Assembly (NCBI GenBank): GCA_013265495.1
Contig: MU063898.1
Span: 3,485,365 to 3,549,364 of the forward strand
From: Vicugna vicugna
Lineage: Eukaryota
Length of the DNA stretch: 64,000 nucleotides
Reading direction: 5' to 3'
The notes under the pieces are model-generated. The model was not told the origin of the DNA. It was given only the letters and a program-made list of their open reading frames with translations, and made no database searches. Shown here in pieces: positions 26,331 through 40,599 of this stretch (its first letter is position 1; every line of letters starts with the position of its first letter). Both the position numbers and the translations under genes were made by a program.

Positions 26331-29300
26331 TGCTTTTAAGTATGCAGAATGCCTGTCAGTGACTTTGTGGTACATCCTGAGAGTCTTAAACAAGTGCGGA
26401 GTTCTGCTATAATGCAGTGGAGAGAGGTGAAAGTAGCACTTTAAATGAGGTAGCAGAAAATGCAATTTGAAATATCTTGACAATGTCCTCTGTCATGGAC
26501 GGGGTATGGTGATCAACAGTTTGCCTTGTTTCACATATCAGAGCAGCTGAAGACTTTGTTTCTTGTGTGGGGCAAAAGCGAGGATGGGGTAGCTTTGTAG
26601 GAATGAATGTCCAAGAGAAGGCTCTTTATTTCCTGCCTCAGATGATACAGTGTGTTTGGTTGCATGTCTCTATTGGGAAATGAAGGGTTACTGTGTTGTG
26701 ACAGAATGCACAGGGTGAAGTGGCCAGGATATGTTTGCATTATTTTGATTTGTTTGCATGGGAGTTTGCACTCTAGGTTCCGTCTGCAGCAAAGGCTGTA
26801 GACCCAGTAAACCAATAGCAAAGAGCCAACATATGGTCTATGATTGGTCCAGATCTGAGGCTTCCAGCTGCCTAGAAATTGGCCTTAGGAGGATGCATGA
26901 TAGCCTGTATCAGGACTGGAGACAGAGGATAAGGATGCTGATTGGGCAATTCCATTTGTGCTAAAGAGCTTGCCACTGAGCACGCGCATTGTGAGAGGCT
27001 TTCATTGCAAGGGAGCCCGTTGCACGCAGAAGTCTGGGTGCAGGCACAAAGATGCCTGTATGTGAGAGGCTGAGGAATGGGGGAGTGCTGTGGGGGCTTT
27101 GTGAACCAGATGGAAGGGGTCTCTCTGTGCAGGTGTCTGTACCTGGCTCAAGTCAAGCCCCACTCAAGTTGGAATCAGAGCTTCTTTGAGCTGCCAGAAG
27201 CCCTGCCTGAAATCCCTACTGTGTCCCCACACCAACCAAGAGAGGCCACACCTGCTGGTGAAGGCATGTTGGGAGCTGAGCAACGACCTCGTTTCTAATC
27301 TAGGAAGATTTCCAGCACTTCTTTTGGGACCCCAGTTGAGACTGAGGACCAGAGAAAGGAAGATGATAATATAGTCACAGAGTTGCAAAGAACCCTTCAA
27401 GGCCACTCAGTGCAATCCTAGAATCTCAATTTTGAAACCACCAACAGATAGTTTCCCCATCTCTGCTTGAACATCTCCAGGAATTGGGAACTCAGTGTTT
27501 CCTGAGGCCACCCATACAGTCTCTGGCCATCTTCATTCGTTCTGCCTCATCCTGGACTGAAATCTGCCTCCCTGGGGGGCACATTCTGATCTCTGGGGCA
27601 AGTCGCCTCCTGCTGACACAGGGCCCTTTTGGTTATAGAAGACATTTAACTTGTCTCTTTGCCTAGATTAGTCTCTGTCCACCACTCCCCATTTGATGAT
27701 TTGGCCTGTATTTACCCCTGTTTCCCTTCTCTGGATGGTCAAGGTCACCACGGTCCCAAAGCCTTGGACAGTACTCCTGGTGCGGTTGGACCACTTGTTC
27801 CTTAAGCTGAGTATCATTCCTCCATTGACTGCATGCCATTTATGGTCAGATTGCACTGTTTACTCACCCAGAGTTTCCAGACAGTTTAAGCGCAGCTGGA
27901 AGATGTCCTCGACCTGCTTCACTAAGAACTGCAGGAATAGTCAGGGCTTCTGACCAAAAGTATCTCACTAACTAAGAACTAAGTCGTGGTGGCCTAGGGA
28001 GCAACAAGGTGGAAGGCAGAAATTTGTCTGTTGCTGAGAGCTGTAGTATCTATTTTTCTTGGACATACCCTTATTTTATTTACATCTCATTTCTTACGGA
28101 CTCTGGGAGCCCAAGAAAATATGGAAAAGTGAACCTTAAAGGGGATGGAGAAATTGTCCTCATCACATGCGTTGCTCTCAGTGAAGTGGGAGTGAACTTG
28201 ACACTTTCTTTCTCTCTTCATGTCCTTGCCCCCTCCCATCACAGTCTTAGGAGTCAACAAGACTCCCTACAAGGAGCCAGAAAGGGGACTTGGTTACTTA
28301 AAAATACAGCAATTTGATTTTTTTTCCTTCCTCTAGATTTTAGCTAATAAGTTCGTTCACTACATGCACTTCAAAGTGTGATATATTCCATATATAATTA
28401 ACTAAATAACAATCCCCAGCAGCGTGTACAGAAGATGTGATGTGCTGGACTCGCGCATCATATCGTTGAGTGAGAGCAGGACCCAGCGTGGTACTACTTT
28501 GACGAGAATAGTCACATTCCTGGTGGATTTGTATCACCAGCACACATCACAGTGATTGCTCACTTAACGTTATGTAATTAACAATCTGTGCAAGGGTTAA
28601 ACTGAAAGTTATGACAAGACTGGTGATAGCTGTAAATGTAGTTCTGGCGATAGTAGAACAGACTGTTTTTTATTGGGAATGTTCTGGAAAGAGCAGTCAT
28701 ATGGGTGAAGACTTCGCTAGAATGGTACCATGTTCATGACTGAATATTCCAATGCCCAGCCACCTTGGCGTTTGCTATGTTGACTGCTCTTTCGACCTCT
28801 TTTCTTGGGGCTGGAGTTCCTACAATTTCAAATTTGATTCCGTGCCTTTGCCCTACGTTTAATGTTCTGAAGGAAACAGCGTGTAAGCTGCAAATGCAAA
28901 ACTGAATCCATTTTAAAAAGGAAAGATAAATACATTTTTCTTGCATTTCCAAAAATGTCCACCATAAATGTACATGGGTTTTCTTAGTAGAAAAAATAAT
29001 AAATGCAATAAAAAAATATTCGTTTAGGTAAAGGGTGGGATGAGCTGGGTTTTGTGGTTTTTCAGTTTGGAACTCTGGACCAATGGATAAAGAATTCCAT
29101 TGGAATGCCATGAATGTTGGCCTGCCTTTTCAAGCAGTGCCGCACAGTCATTGTGAGCAGGTGAAGCCTGGTGTACCGGCTTGGATCTTCGTTCTGTCTC
29201 AGCTGGCAGTGGGCAGGGATGTCTGCACCCAGCTTCCTTCACTAAGAGCCGACCTTGGCCATGGGCAGCAGAATTCCTCTGGTGTCCTAGCCTGTTTGGC

Positions 29301-31539
29301 CACATCCCGTCCCCGCCCTGAACTCTGCTCTCCCTCTCATTGACCGACAGTCTGTTAATAAGGACCAGAGTGTGTGATGGGTGACAATGCTTTATTCACT
29401 CTAGGCTCCTTCATAGATAAAAAACTGAGATCGAAGAATATAAGCTATTAACCTCCACCCCAGAAGAAACCATCTCACTTTTCATTTTAATGAGACTTTA
29501 TTAAAGTTATGAGCTTAACATGTAACTTATTCAGGAAACTGCTTCTCATGCAGAGGAAGTGAACCCACAAGGCAACAAAAGTATTTCATTTACTTTCAAT
29601 TTAATAACAGCAAACGAGCACTGGATCTGGGAGTGGTACACATCGCTTCCTCTGCATATTCAACTGCTTTCTGTTCCCTCAACTTAATCAGTTAAGGGTC
29701 AGTTCTCTGATGTAATTTTATCCAGTTTATTCAGACAATGAAACATCTTATTATTGAGTGCCAGATAATTCCAGTTTACCCCATTAGTACTTACTGACCA
29801 CAAGCATGTTGAACAGTGTCAGGGACGGGGAATTTCCTTCTTACCCTTCTGGCGTTCTTTTGGCTGGTCTAATAATTAAGTTGACATAAGACAGATTAAC
29901 AGGAGAAAAAAGAGTGACTGAAGGAGGGAGAGAAGTCACATTTGTGGGTAACTGCTTGGAAAGTATTTTCAGTTTTGTAACTTAAAAACATGACTACTGA
30001 TAGAGGACTCTTTAATCCACAAAATAATCACTGTGAGTCCAAAGTGAGATGTACGTGATATAAAATAAGACCTGAAAACCTCAACTGGTTTGCCAGTGGG
30101 CCGAATGAATTTTGAAGAGGCTCCAATTTCTTTCCATGGCTGGGTGAACAATTTGCTGAGATGGAGTTTCAGAGGAAGCAAGAAGATTAGCTTTGTATTT
30201 GCTGCAGAGAATTAAGGGCTTTCTAAAGAGATTAAATCAAAACCTTATTACAGTCCACTAATGCTTTATTAATGTAGCAGACATTTTTTTGCTTTTCAAG
30301 TTTTTCATTTAAACTTGTGTTTGTGAATATTATTAAATTTCTTGGGATTAAGGACTTTGAAAGCCCCTTGTTTATAAAGCCCTATTATTCAGTTCTCTGC
30401 AGGAGCTTAGAAAGCCCTCTGCACATTTAACCCCACAGCCCTCATTATTAGGTGGGGGCTTAAGAAAGACAGAGGAGCTGAAACAGCTGTGGGAGAGAGC
30501 GGAGCCTGGTCAAAGGAAGAGACATGTTTACAATTGTTCCTTCGCCTTTGCGGTATCATCGTCTCACTCACTCCTCCTCCCCTTGGTGATGGATATTCTA
30601 GAGACGGGGCATTCGATTTAGCCTAGCCCCAGCGGAGATCATTGGTTCAGCTTCTCTAACGGGCTGGCAAGAGTTCCTGATCTGGAAGTGTAGGATCTCC
30701 CGGGCCCCCACTGCCCCAGGCTCCTCTCAGTTCTTTGCAACTCGCTGCCTTTGCCTAGAATGCTCCTCTTCCTCAGTTTGCCTGTTCATCCCATCTTTCA
30801 AGGCTCATCTCAAACACGTTGCTATCATCCATCCCATCCTCCACAAGCAGGAAACAAAATCTTCAGTGACCTCTGATATTCCCAGCTCTGCACTCTCAAA
30901 GGCAAAATCTAAAAATCTTATCAGCTCCAAGATCAAGAGAAGGAGGTGGAGAGAGAGCAAAGCCCTAGACTGTCTTGCGGGGAAAGGCTTCTCTGTCTCG
31001 AACATCAACAATCCTTCGCTATGTCTCCTGCTTGTGTCTTCCCAGAATGGCTCACGTCACCGGATTAACACAGCCGGGTTAACTGGGCTCCGTGCAAGCC
31101 TCATCGTGAGCATTTTCTTGCTTCCTCTGTGCAAATATTTAATGTCTTGCAAGTATATCTTTGATTGGGGAGGCTGTCTTTCACATTTTTGGTAAAAATT
31201 CATGCCCAACTGCTATGGGGAAAGCAAAATTGGACAAGCAAGAGTACATTGCTTTTCTGGGTAAATGGGGATTTTCTCACCACTGTGTATTTAAGCAGAA
31301 TAAAGGGGGGAATAAAACCTTGTTGTGGAAACGAAGACTGTAGCTTTCACCCTTAAGCCCTGATTTCGTGTCACAGCTGCCTGTCTCTCTCATCTCTGTG
31401 TCCCTTTCTCACACAAATCTACTCAGAATGATCTAAACACAAATGGTACAGCTATAAAGCTGTAAAAAGATGCCTCTCAGTATTGCATATACATGTCCCC
31501 AAACACTTAGACTTGGGGGCTATATTTCAGCTATATGTA

Positions 31540-31660
31540 TGTTCCCTTCTCATGTGTCTAAGCACCTTGAGGGTCGAAGTTATATCTCCTTTACTTCCAT
31601 GTGCCTTGAGGGTCTAGCACAGTGCCTTGTGTGGGGCAGGGGGGGTGAATGAATGCACAA
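31540..31660 (+). mobile_element. L2 3' end
   Basis: CCTTGAGGG..CTAGCACAGTGCCT..GAATGAATG. Confidence 0.55.
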
Positions 31661-32694
31661 AGGGCACAATCAGTGTGTAAGTGTCAGTCTGTATCTGCGT
31701 GTTGGCTATTTGCACAGTTATGGGGATGAGTGAGCAGAACTGTCTCCAGGTTAACCCCACCACCAAGCACTGAGGAGAATAATTAAAGGGACAAAAGGGC
31801 CCAGATACATCGACCCACAGCTGTCTCCAGTCTCTAGCACACAACCATTCGGGCGGCACATGCTGAGAGTTACTAAGAGTCCTTTTTTTTTTTTTTTTGG
31901 AAAGACTTTCCTCACCACACACTCCTGAAGATCAGGCAGCTTGCTGTTAGTATTTCAGTGACCTTGCCGAACTCGTGTTTCCTTACAAAATAGGTGAGAG
32001 ACTGTAACCAGCCAGTGGCCTTTAACACCTCAGATACCCTTTTGTTTCACACAAGTCTATTAATGGGGCTTCCGAATGCTCCTACCAGATGTTTGGATTG
32101 TTCCAGAAATCACTCTCTTCGACTGGGAACCTCCTAAGTTATCTCCCCACCGTGGCCACCACATTCTATGCCTGTGTGCTGAAGTTGACTGTTGAGGAGC
32201 CATCAGATAAGCTGACCAAAGCCTGCTACACTAAAAAGAACTCCCAACCAACTGGGAACTTGGTGTTTTCATTTTTAACATAGAATAAAAGGCTTATGAT
32301 CAGTTTTTTTGGCTTTATTCAGCATTAGAGAAAATGCTTTTCTTGCTAATCAAGAAAAAGGAGAAATAGGACAGACACCACCTTCTCAATTCCCAGTCTC
32401 TATCAGGCGACTAGGAAGAACCTCAAAGTCCAGTCTTTGTGCTGCCACAATTATCAGTACAATCTGGTACAAGTCTTCCAGCCTTGGGCCTCAATCATTT
32501 TGTTAATAGATAAATGAGTTGGACCGAATTTCTACAGGTCCTTCCAGGTCAGGCCCTTCCAGCAATTCTGCAAAACATCTCTTATTACTATATACGGTGC
32601 CACTCTGGAGTGGTAAGCATAGGGACGTAAGGACCATCCCCATTTGGGGGTGTATTTCTTCGAGCATACACCTGTGGTACAAGGACTTTTGCCT

Positions 32695-32960
32695 CCAGAG
32701 CTGTGCTGTCCAGTATAGAGTGCATACTGTATGTAAAATGCACTCCACACTTACAAGACAGTACAGAAAAAAATGATAAAGAATTCATTATTTTTATATT
32801 GTTACATGTTGAAATGATAATATTTGGGATATATTTGGCTGTATAAAATGTGTTATAAGATGCATTTATCTGTTACTTTTCACTTTTATCCACGTGTTAC
32901 CAGAAAAATTTTAGTTATATGCATGACTCATATTTCTGTTGGACAATCTTGGTCTAGAGA
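32695..32960. mobile_element. MER3/MER33-type hAT-Charlie MITE
   Basis: CTGTGCTGTCCAGTATAG..GTTGAAATGATAATATTTGGGATATATT..TTGGACA. Confidence 0.65.
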
Positions 32961-34269
32961 GTTACTCCTACTGCAAGTGACCTGAGTTCCAGGTACTTAG
33001 AAGCCTCCCAAGGTTGAAACCATCTAAACTTGTGCGTCTCAGCCCTGGATGCACTTTAGAATCACATGGGCAATCTTTTAAAAAAAAACTCGATCCTCTC
33101 CTGCCTATGATTCTGATTGACCTGATACAACTCATAGTGATCTACGTGCCGAATTTCTTCCGTAAGGGCAGAGATGGTGTGATCTTAAAGAAACAGGACT
33201 CTGTTATACGAATGCCAGAAACGTGTATAATTGCAGGTTGGACAGTTGCTGGATGAAGGGGGTGCTGCAACACTCAAACAGGCTGAGCTCAGACCCTCAG
33301 CTAGTTCTCAAGAGCAAAAGGACCTTCTCCTTAGCGCTTCAGTTGTTTAAAAAAACCCCAGCAAACAGACGGGAAGCACTAACCTGAATTAATTCTGTCT
33401 TTGCTGCTCCTTCTTATTGGAGTTTCTGAAAATCTGCTTACTGCATTCCACCTGGCCTCCCGGGGAGATACTTACTATTGTGTGGTCTGTTCTCAGAGAG
33501 GAAAATGGGGCTCAAGGAGTGCGACTCTCTCTTGGGTTAAGAGAATTCCTTCTGCCAAATTTTTGTTATTTTGCTTTGCTTTTGTTTTAGTGAGGGGATT
33601 TTTTGGAGGGGACTCTTAAGAGGTCTAAGGAAGGGAACATAGAAAAGGCAGTTTGATTGCAACTGGAATGGAGTGACAGCCATCGAGTTCATGTTGATCC
33701 CTAGTAGCAGAGGCTGCTTTTTCTAGCCTGACTCTCAAATTTTGGGCGTCACCATCTCTGAGGTCAGCCATCCCCATATGCTCACTAGATCCACAGTTAC
33801 GTGTGGCTGGGCCCCAGCACGGTAAGGGGGAAGCCACTGCTCTCGTCTCCTGAGAGTCTGCGTGGTTCTCAGAGCTGTCGGCGCCTGCCCAGTCTCCGTG
33901 GATGAGGCTGGAGACCTTGCAGTGAATGTGGAATGGGTTAGCAAAATAACTGAAAACCCTAGGCTTTTAAACCAAATCCTACTGAATTGTATCTTGGGAT
34001 CCTGGGATGTCGCAGCACTTCTTGATTTTAGGGGTGCTTGAAAAGAGGTGCTGTGTTTCTGTGATCATGAATGGCCAAATTTGGTGCCTCCTAGAGTGGT
34101 GGTAAGATCTTGTTGGGGCAGTGGAGAGTTAATAAGGGAAGAGTTCCAATAAATAATCCTATGTGCCCATGGTGCCCTGGGGCTTTACCAATCCTCTGCC
34201 TAGGATTTTTGATCAAATACCACATCCTCGAGCTAAAGATTAAGTTAAAGGAGTCATGTTGTCGGAGTT

Positions 34270-34400
34270 ACTGTGGGGTGGCTCTGCCACTTACTAGCTA
34301 TGTGACGTTGGGCAAGCAACTTCTTTAAGCTCCACTAAAAACAGGAATCAGAGGAGTACCTACCTCATACTTTTGTGAGAATGTGATGAGTTACTCTACG
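34270..34400 (+). mobile_element. MIR SINE
   Basis: GCTCTGCCACTTACTAGCTATGTGACGTTGGGCAAG..GTACCTACCTCATA. Confidence 0.75.
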
Positions 34401-37400
34401 TAACTCCAGCACCTTGCACAGTGGTGTGCCCAGAATAGCAGCTGAGGAAAGATTTGTGGGATGAATAGATGAATGAATTAATGAATATTAATATTGCAGT
34501 GAAATTGCCCTCTTTTTGGATCAATATGAAAGTGGCAGGGTTTTATTGGGAGCTAACTGCTAAAGGCTAGTTTCTCTATCAAAGATTTAGACTCAGTATA
34601 TGTTCATTCCCCATTCATTTGCATAAAGGAGATACTAGACAAGGATGGAGAGTGAGAGGAAGCAGATTCTACCGATCGGCTGTGAGTCTCACACTGACCA
34701 GAGGACACACATCTTAGGTTGCAGGAATATTTTAGCGGATCAAATTGTTCTCAAATGTGAGAAGGTATAAATACAGGTAATTTGTAGCCCAATGTAAGTA
34801 AATTCTATGAAATAAGGACCTGTTAAAATGGACAAGCAAGTGTTGGAATGGTAATTAAGAATTATGTATTATTGAAACATGTACGTTTTAGTGCTTGAAG
34901 AAAAAAAAATCTCTGAACTGCTTATATAACCTCTTCCTACTAAAACTAGAGCAAATGAGTAACAAGTACCCATTTTTTTTCTTTTTAAGAACAGCTATAA
35001 GAGGATAGTGATGATAACTCAACAAACAGATTATAAAGCTGTGGATTTAGATTTTATATATATATATAAGGTGAAGTTTGAAAAGATAACATCATGCTTT
35101 TTACAGAGGACAGATTTTCTGAAAGTCCATCTTCATTCTACAGTCTTAACCTAAATCACATTTGAATGAAACTTAGAAAGAATGAAATTGGAAACCTCTT
35201 GTATTAAGAGATAGTGGTGGCGACAGTGAATAAAAATGACGTGCTTTGATGTCAGATCAAGTATTAGAGAGGGTCAACTCAGCCATAATCCAATGGAATT
35301 CCAATTTCAAAGTCAGATCACCTCCGTGACCTCATTTTATTTTTCCTTAATCCATGGGTCGTTTTCTCTTGGAATCACCATCATAGGAGCTGTATGGAAT
35401 GGGGGAAGGGAACAGAGAAGAATAGAACCTCATAACACGTGCAGGGACCAAGTGAGAAAGAGAAAAAGAGGGGCAGCAAGAGTCAGGGAGGCTGGATATA
35501 CAGCCAGCCCTGCAGGTATTACAGTGGGATGAATTGCAAAGTCACCCGGGACTTTTCCCTACCCACGTGCCCGGGTGAACATAAGGAAATGTGCATTTAC
35601 AATGCCATTACTTTATTTTCAATTTCATTAACAGCTTTTTAAATCAACATATTTTATAGCAATTAACTATAATTACAAATCTTAAAAACATTTTTATGGA
35701 TAATTACATGCCTGATTATTGTTCATTTTCATTTAATTCTAAAAGAAATTAACTGTGCTGTTTTGACAAGTGCTTAGTGTTTCCAAAACCATGAATACTC
35801 TATTACTTAAATTTGTTGTTATACTTTTCACAAACTTCCCCCAATCTGAAACTGTCTATAATACCCTGCAGTAAGTCCCCTGTCCGCTGGTCACATCCTA
35901 CTCTCACGCCTGTGATTGCTTGGAAGGGACTGTCATCACTGCTAAGGAAAAATGACCCATCAAATCAATCAACAGCAGACGAGGGGAGAATTGGGCTCCA
36001 GGTTTTCCGATAGTGATTGTTTGAGTACTTGGCAGCAGGCTGCCAATAATCCATTGGAACATTTGGATTGCCACAATTGGCATTCTGTCTTCCGGCTACT
36101 AAAACTGTGTGTTTGGGGGAGATGAAAAAAAGTTAAAAACACTAGTCTGTGTAATGTAACAGGTTCAAGCTAAATACAGTAAGATACTTGATAGGCATTG
36201 ACAATAGGGTAGCTTGATGGGAGAAATACTGGGCCCTAGGGCTTAGACGTGTTGAATAAATCTCTGAAATTCAATTAACTGGCCCAGATAGCATCTCAAA
36301 TGCTGTTGCTGGTAGGGAGGGATGAAATTCAACAATACTGATGAGGAATTTCAATTAGTATTATATTCGCAGTGAATTCTTAATAAGAGGGGCAGAATAA
36401 AAGGGAGGACACAGGACACCTGCGACCAAGTTCCAATTCAGATACTTAGGATTTTTCATATGACCTCTCATGATTTTTCAGATGGACAAATTAGATAGAC
36501 AATGTGGGTCAAAGCATCGAGGATCATACTTAACACCTATAGGTTCTCAGCAAGTGTTCTTTTCCTTTCTTTTCTTAAATCATACACTTATGTTATTCTG
36601 TAAATAATTGTTTCAAGATTACTTCATTCTAAGAAATATTTTATTTTTACCTAGTTTATCAATGATGCCATAAGAAGGATGCAATATTAACTTGTAGACC
36701 CATGTAATTTTTTTTGTATTTTAAACCTTTCTACTATTGTATTATAATACATGCTTTTTAATTTATTGCTTTTTTTTATTGATTTATAATCATTTTACAA
36801 TGCTGTGCCAATTATTGCTTTTCTTATTGTACTAGGTGCTAAGATAAATTTTTTTTAATAATGTGGAAGGAATTCTAGGATCAGGATACAGTTGTACTGG
36901 CTGATGAATGCATTTTTTTCCCTAGAACATGTGCAGCTATTGTATGAACCTGAAACTAATCTTTTCTTTATAGGCTTATATCACTTTGTCTTAGTCTCTT
37001 GGAAGATGATGATGTTTGTTCTCCTAATTTCTCCGGGGACAAAGCAAAGAATAATGAATCACCTTTTATGTCAGTACTGACAATGACAAATGATGGCCGC
37101 TTGTTTGTGTTGGCATGAGTGACAGGTCCCTCATAGCTCACAATCCTTCCATCACGTGCAGCTCACCTCAGCCTAGTTGGCTAATTTCCATCCAGCTCAG
37201 CCTCCTTTCATTTATTCTCTGGGGACACCTACAAGCCTATCATTAAGGGGCTACATTCATTGTGGTGAATCATTCATTTAAAAATATTTCTTGAACCCAT
37301 TTACTGGACCAGGCATTCCACTAGGTGACGGAATCATAGAGATGCCTAAGGCATAGCTCTAACCTTAAGGTTCTTAGAGTCTAACAAGAAGCTAAGACTT

Positions 37401-37519
37401 GTCTATGGATAACTCTAACACAGGGTAGGAAACAAAAATGTCACAAGGAAGAACAAAGAGCTATTAGAGTTCAGAGACGGGAGTGATTACTTCCGGTTGG
37501 AGGATCTCAGAAAACACTT

Positions 37520-37800
37520 CACTCACTCACTCACTCATTCATTCATTCAACAAGCAAATGAGCAAGAGACTGCTAGGCTGAGGATACAAAGACAAAAACG
37601 CCATCTGCCCTCACGAAGTTTACCTCCTAGGGAAAGGCAGGTACTCAAACTAGTGACAGCACTCTGGGGTAAGGTTAAGTGTTACAGACAATTAAGATAA
37701 GAACAAAGTGATGAGGGAGCTTAGGCGTTAATACGTTTGTTGGGAGCCACAGAAGGAGTCATGGTTGAAGCAGAGTTTGAGCTGGGCTTTCTTTAGTGGC
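37520..37800 (-). mobile_element. L2 3' end
   Basis: (CATT)n tail CATTCATTCATTCAACAAG followed by typical L2 3' sequence. Confidence 0.65.
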
Positions 37801-38309
37801 TTTACAGTCTAGTGAATGTGACTGCCATGACCTTAAATAATTCCAATGCCATGTAAAAGATGCCAAGTGCCTAAGAGAAATTCAGACAAAGGGCTTTGAG
37901 GGAGGATTTGGGGGTGAATGTGTTTACTTCCAGCCGGGGTCTCAGGCATTTCCCAAAGAGGTCAAATTGGAGGTGGACCTTATCAGATGAGTAGAACTTC
38001 AAAAGGGAAAGGGGTGAGGGAGGGTCTAAAGAGAGGGAACAGCATGAATAGAGGCATGAACTGGTAAGTCCTTTGAAGTGGCTGGAGCAGACTAGGCTGG
38101 GCGGTGGCACAGTGCGAGGAAAACATAAGATGCAGCCAGATGTTGGAAGGTTGTGAATGCCAAGCTGGGTCGCTGGACTTCACCGAGTGGGCAGTGTGTC
38201 TTTTCTTCTTCTGACTGTGCTTTGGGATCAAGGCAATATTCATGAAAAGCAAGGGTTCTGGAATTGGACTGCTTGCATTCAAATGTCACCCCACCATTTA
38301 CATTCAAGT

Positions 38310-38480
38310 TCACTAGTGAACTTGAGCGAGTCTCTTAGCCTCTCTGGGTCTTGATTTTAACGTCTGTAAAATTGGGATGAAAATAGACTGTATGCCACAG
38401 GCACAATCCACGAGGATTGGTTTAGTGCATGCATATGAAGCTCTGAGGACAGTGCCTAGCAAAGGGGACACTAGTTACAT
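38310..38480 (+). mobile_element. MIR SINE
   Basis: CTTAGCCTCTCTGGGTCTTG..TCTGTAAAATTGGGATG..ACAGTGCCTAGCA. Confidence 0.7.
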
Positions 38481-39239
38481 GTGTCAGTTGTTGTTGGCAG
38501 CAGTAGTAGTAGCAAGTAACAATAATAGCTATGATATAAATAGTAGCAGGTTTAAGGAATTCTTGTGCTGTGAGCTTCTAGGGACAACTTAGGGTGAGCA
38601 CTGGGGTTGGAGCCCACCGGTATGACCCTGAATAAATAAGCTAATGTTCGGACTCAGGTTCCTCATCTGAAAAAAAACACAAAGAAGATTTGCTTATAAC
38701 ACCGCATTGTCCTTAGGGAGGATTAATTAAAATACTCAACGAGGAAGTGCTTTGTAATTGGCAAACCGCCATTCAACTGTAAGGAATTACTATGGTAATC
38801 ATCACTGTCCAAGGTCCTATAGCTTAAAGCTAGCTAGTCAGTTTGCCTAAATACATGAATAATAATGCACTTACATCTTTCCCCACTAGATGGCAGGTGA
38901 GCCACTTGGTAAACTGTTGTGCGAGTTAGGGATCTAAAAACCACAGGGATATTGTGGCTTGTGAGGTGATGCAGCAGTGGACAAAGGGTGAATCAGAAAT
39001 TGTGAAAAAAGCAGAGATGGCCTGTATTGTTAAAACAAATCTCATTCAAAGGCCACTGATTTTCAGTTTACCAAAATTTTATATCTATGAAAACACAGTC
39101 CTTTTCTTTTGACTATGAGAAAAGGACAGCTAAGCAAATATTTTCCACAAATGAGGAAAATGTTTGGTCCAGAGTTATAGCTAACAGACTTCATGATTAT
39201 CTGTACACCACTTTACAGGTAATGGTTTGATGCATATGA

Positions 39240-39575
39240 AGGGTCGACAGACTGCTTCTGTAAAAGGCCTGGAGAGTAAATTGTTCTGGCTTTGCAGGTT
39301 GATTCGTCTCTCTTGCAATGACTCGACTTTGCTTTTACAGCCTGACAACAGCCTGAGACAGTAAGAAAGTGAGTGGGTGTGGTTGAGTTACGGTAAAACT
39401 TTAATTATAGACACTGAAATTTGAAGTTCATGTGACTTTCACTTACCACTGAGTATTCTGCTTCTTTTTGATCATTTAAAATGTCAAAACCATTCTTAGC
39501 TCAAAGACCACAAAAAAAAAATGGTTGCAGGCCTGATCCAGCCCCCAGGGAGTAGTTTGCAGCTCCCTGCTCTAA
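39240..39575. mobile_element. MER58B-type hAT MITE
   Basis: AGGGTCGACAGAC..CTGTAAAAGGCC..GCAACGAC-like..AAACTTTAATTATAGACACTGAAATTTGAA..GTAGTTTGCAG..CCCTGCTCTA. Confidence 0.75.
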
Positions 39576-39789
39576 TCCCCTCAATAGTCTTTTAACTATC
39601 CGATTTGATAATCTCCTCAATTAATATAAATCAGCTTTTTACTGTTTTCCTAATAAATATTTCAATGTGACTTTTTTGTGTATAAATGACTAAGAATCCT
39701 TGTGATATTTTTTGCCTACCTCTCAGTATAGACTTGTGTCTTGTTTGTTGGACTATAAACAAAAGAATTCAAGTAGTCATTGCCTTATT

Positions 39790-39980
39790 CTTAGAGTTGC
39801 CAGAAAAAACAGGGCACCCCGTTATATTTGAATTTCAGTTCAACAGCAAACAATTTTTAAATTATAAGTATGTCCCACATGTTGCCTAGGACATACTTAC
39901 ATTAAAAAAGTATTTGTTGTTTATCTGAGATTCAGTTTGAACTGGATGCCCTGTGTGTTCATTTGCTAAATCCGGCATTT
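39790..39980. mobile_element. MER53-type palindromic MITE
   Basis: TAGAGTTGCCAGA..ACAGGGCACCC..ATTTGAATTTCAG ... CTGAGATTCAGTTTGAACTGGATGCCCTGT..GCTAAATCCGGCA, with inverted ends. Confidence 0.75.
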
Positions 39981-40599
39981 GTTCTTGTATTTAGGGACTT
40001 TGCTTCTTACTCATTGACTAAGGCCTGAAAACTAACCAAAGGTCTGAGAACAGGACTCCAGAAGTAAAATATGTCTTTAGAGTTTTGGGGGCAGTGTACC
40101 CCGGAACAACATTAAAACAACGGTGTGGCATAAACAGCCACGTCTCACATCGATTTGTCCAGAACTATTTGTTTAGCATTCTTAACTGCCAGTCTCAGTT
40201 GGACAAGCCATTTTAATCGCCTTGTCAGAAACCGGAAGTAACCTGTGGACAGGCACTTGCTGAAGAGCTTCGGAGAAATTAGAGGTCTTATAAAGGAGTT
40301 GAGTGGGAACAACAAATCCAGTCTCCCCAGGCTGGGCTGCTAAGGGGCTGGGCTTACTTTAGGTCAGTTCTCACCAGAAACCCTTCCCTTCTCTAAACGC
40401 TTTTTCATACTTGTTGATGGAGATTTCCGGGGTGCACCGGCAGCGATGGATAGAGCTTGCTGCAGCGGGGTTTCTTTCTGTGTGTGTTGTTAGGGTGCAC
40501 TACTGGTACTAAACGTTGACACAGAGTTAATTTGCTTGGTGATTTTTCACAAAAGACGTGGAACGCTGAGTTCTACCCAGAGCTGATGTTCGTTCCAGC

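Noticed and set aside
27865-27930. Possible minus-strand micro-exon (VEDIFQLRLNCLETL, donor G|GTGAGT)
   Set aside because: It is isolated, has a weak acceptor, and has no partner exons or recognisable protein.
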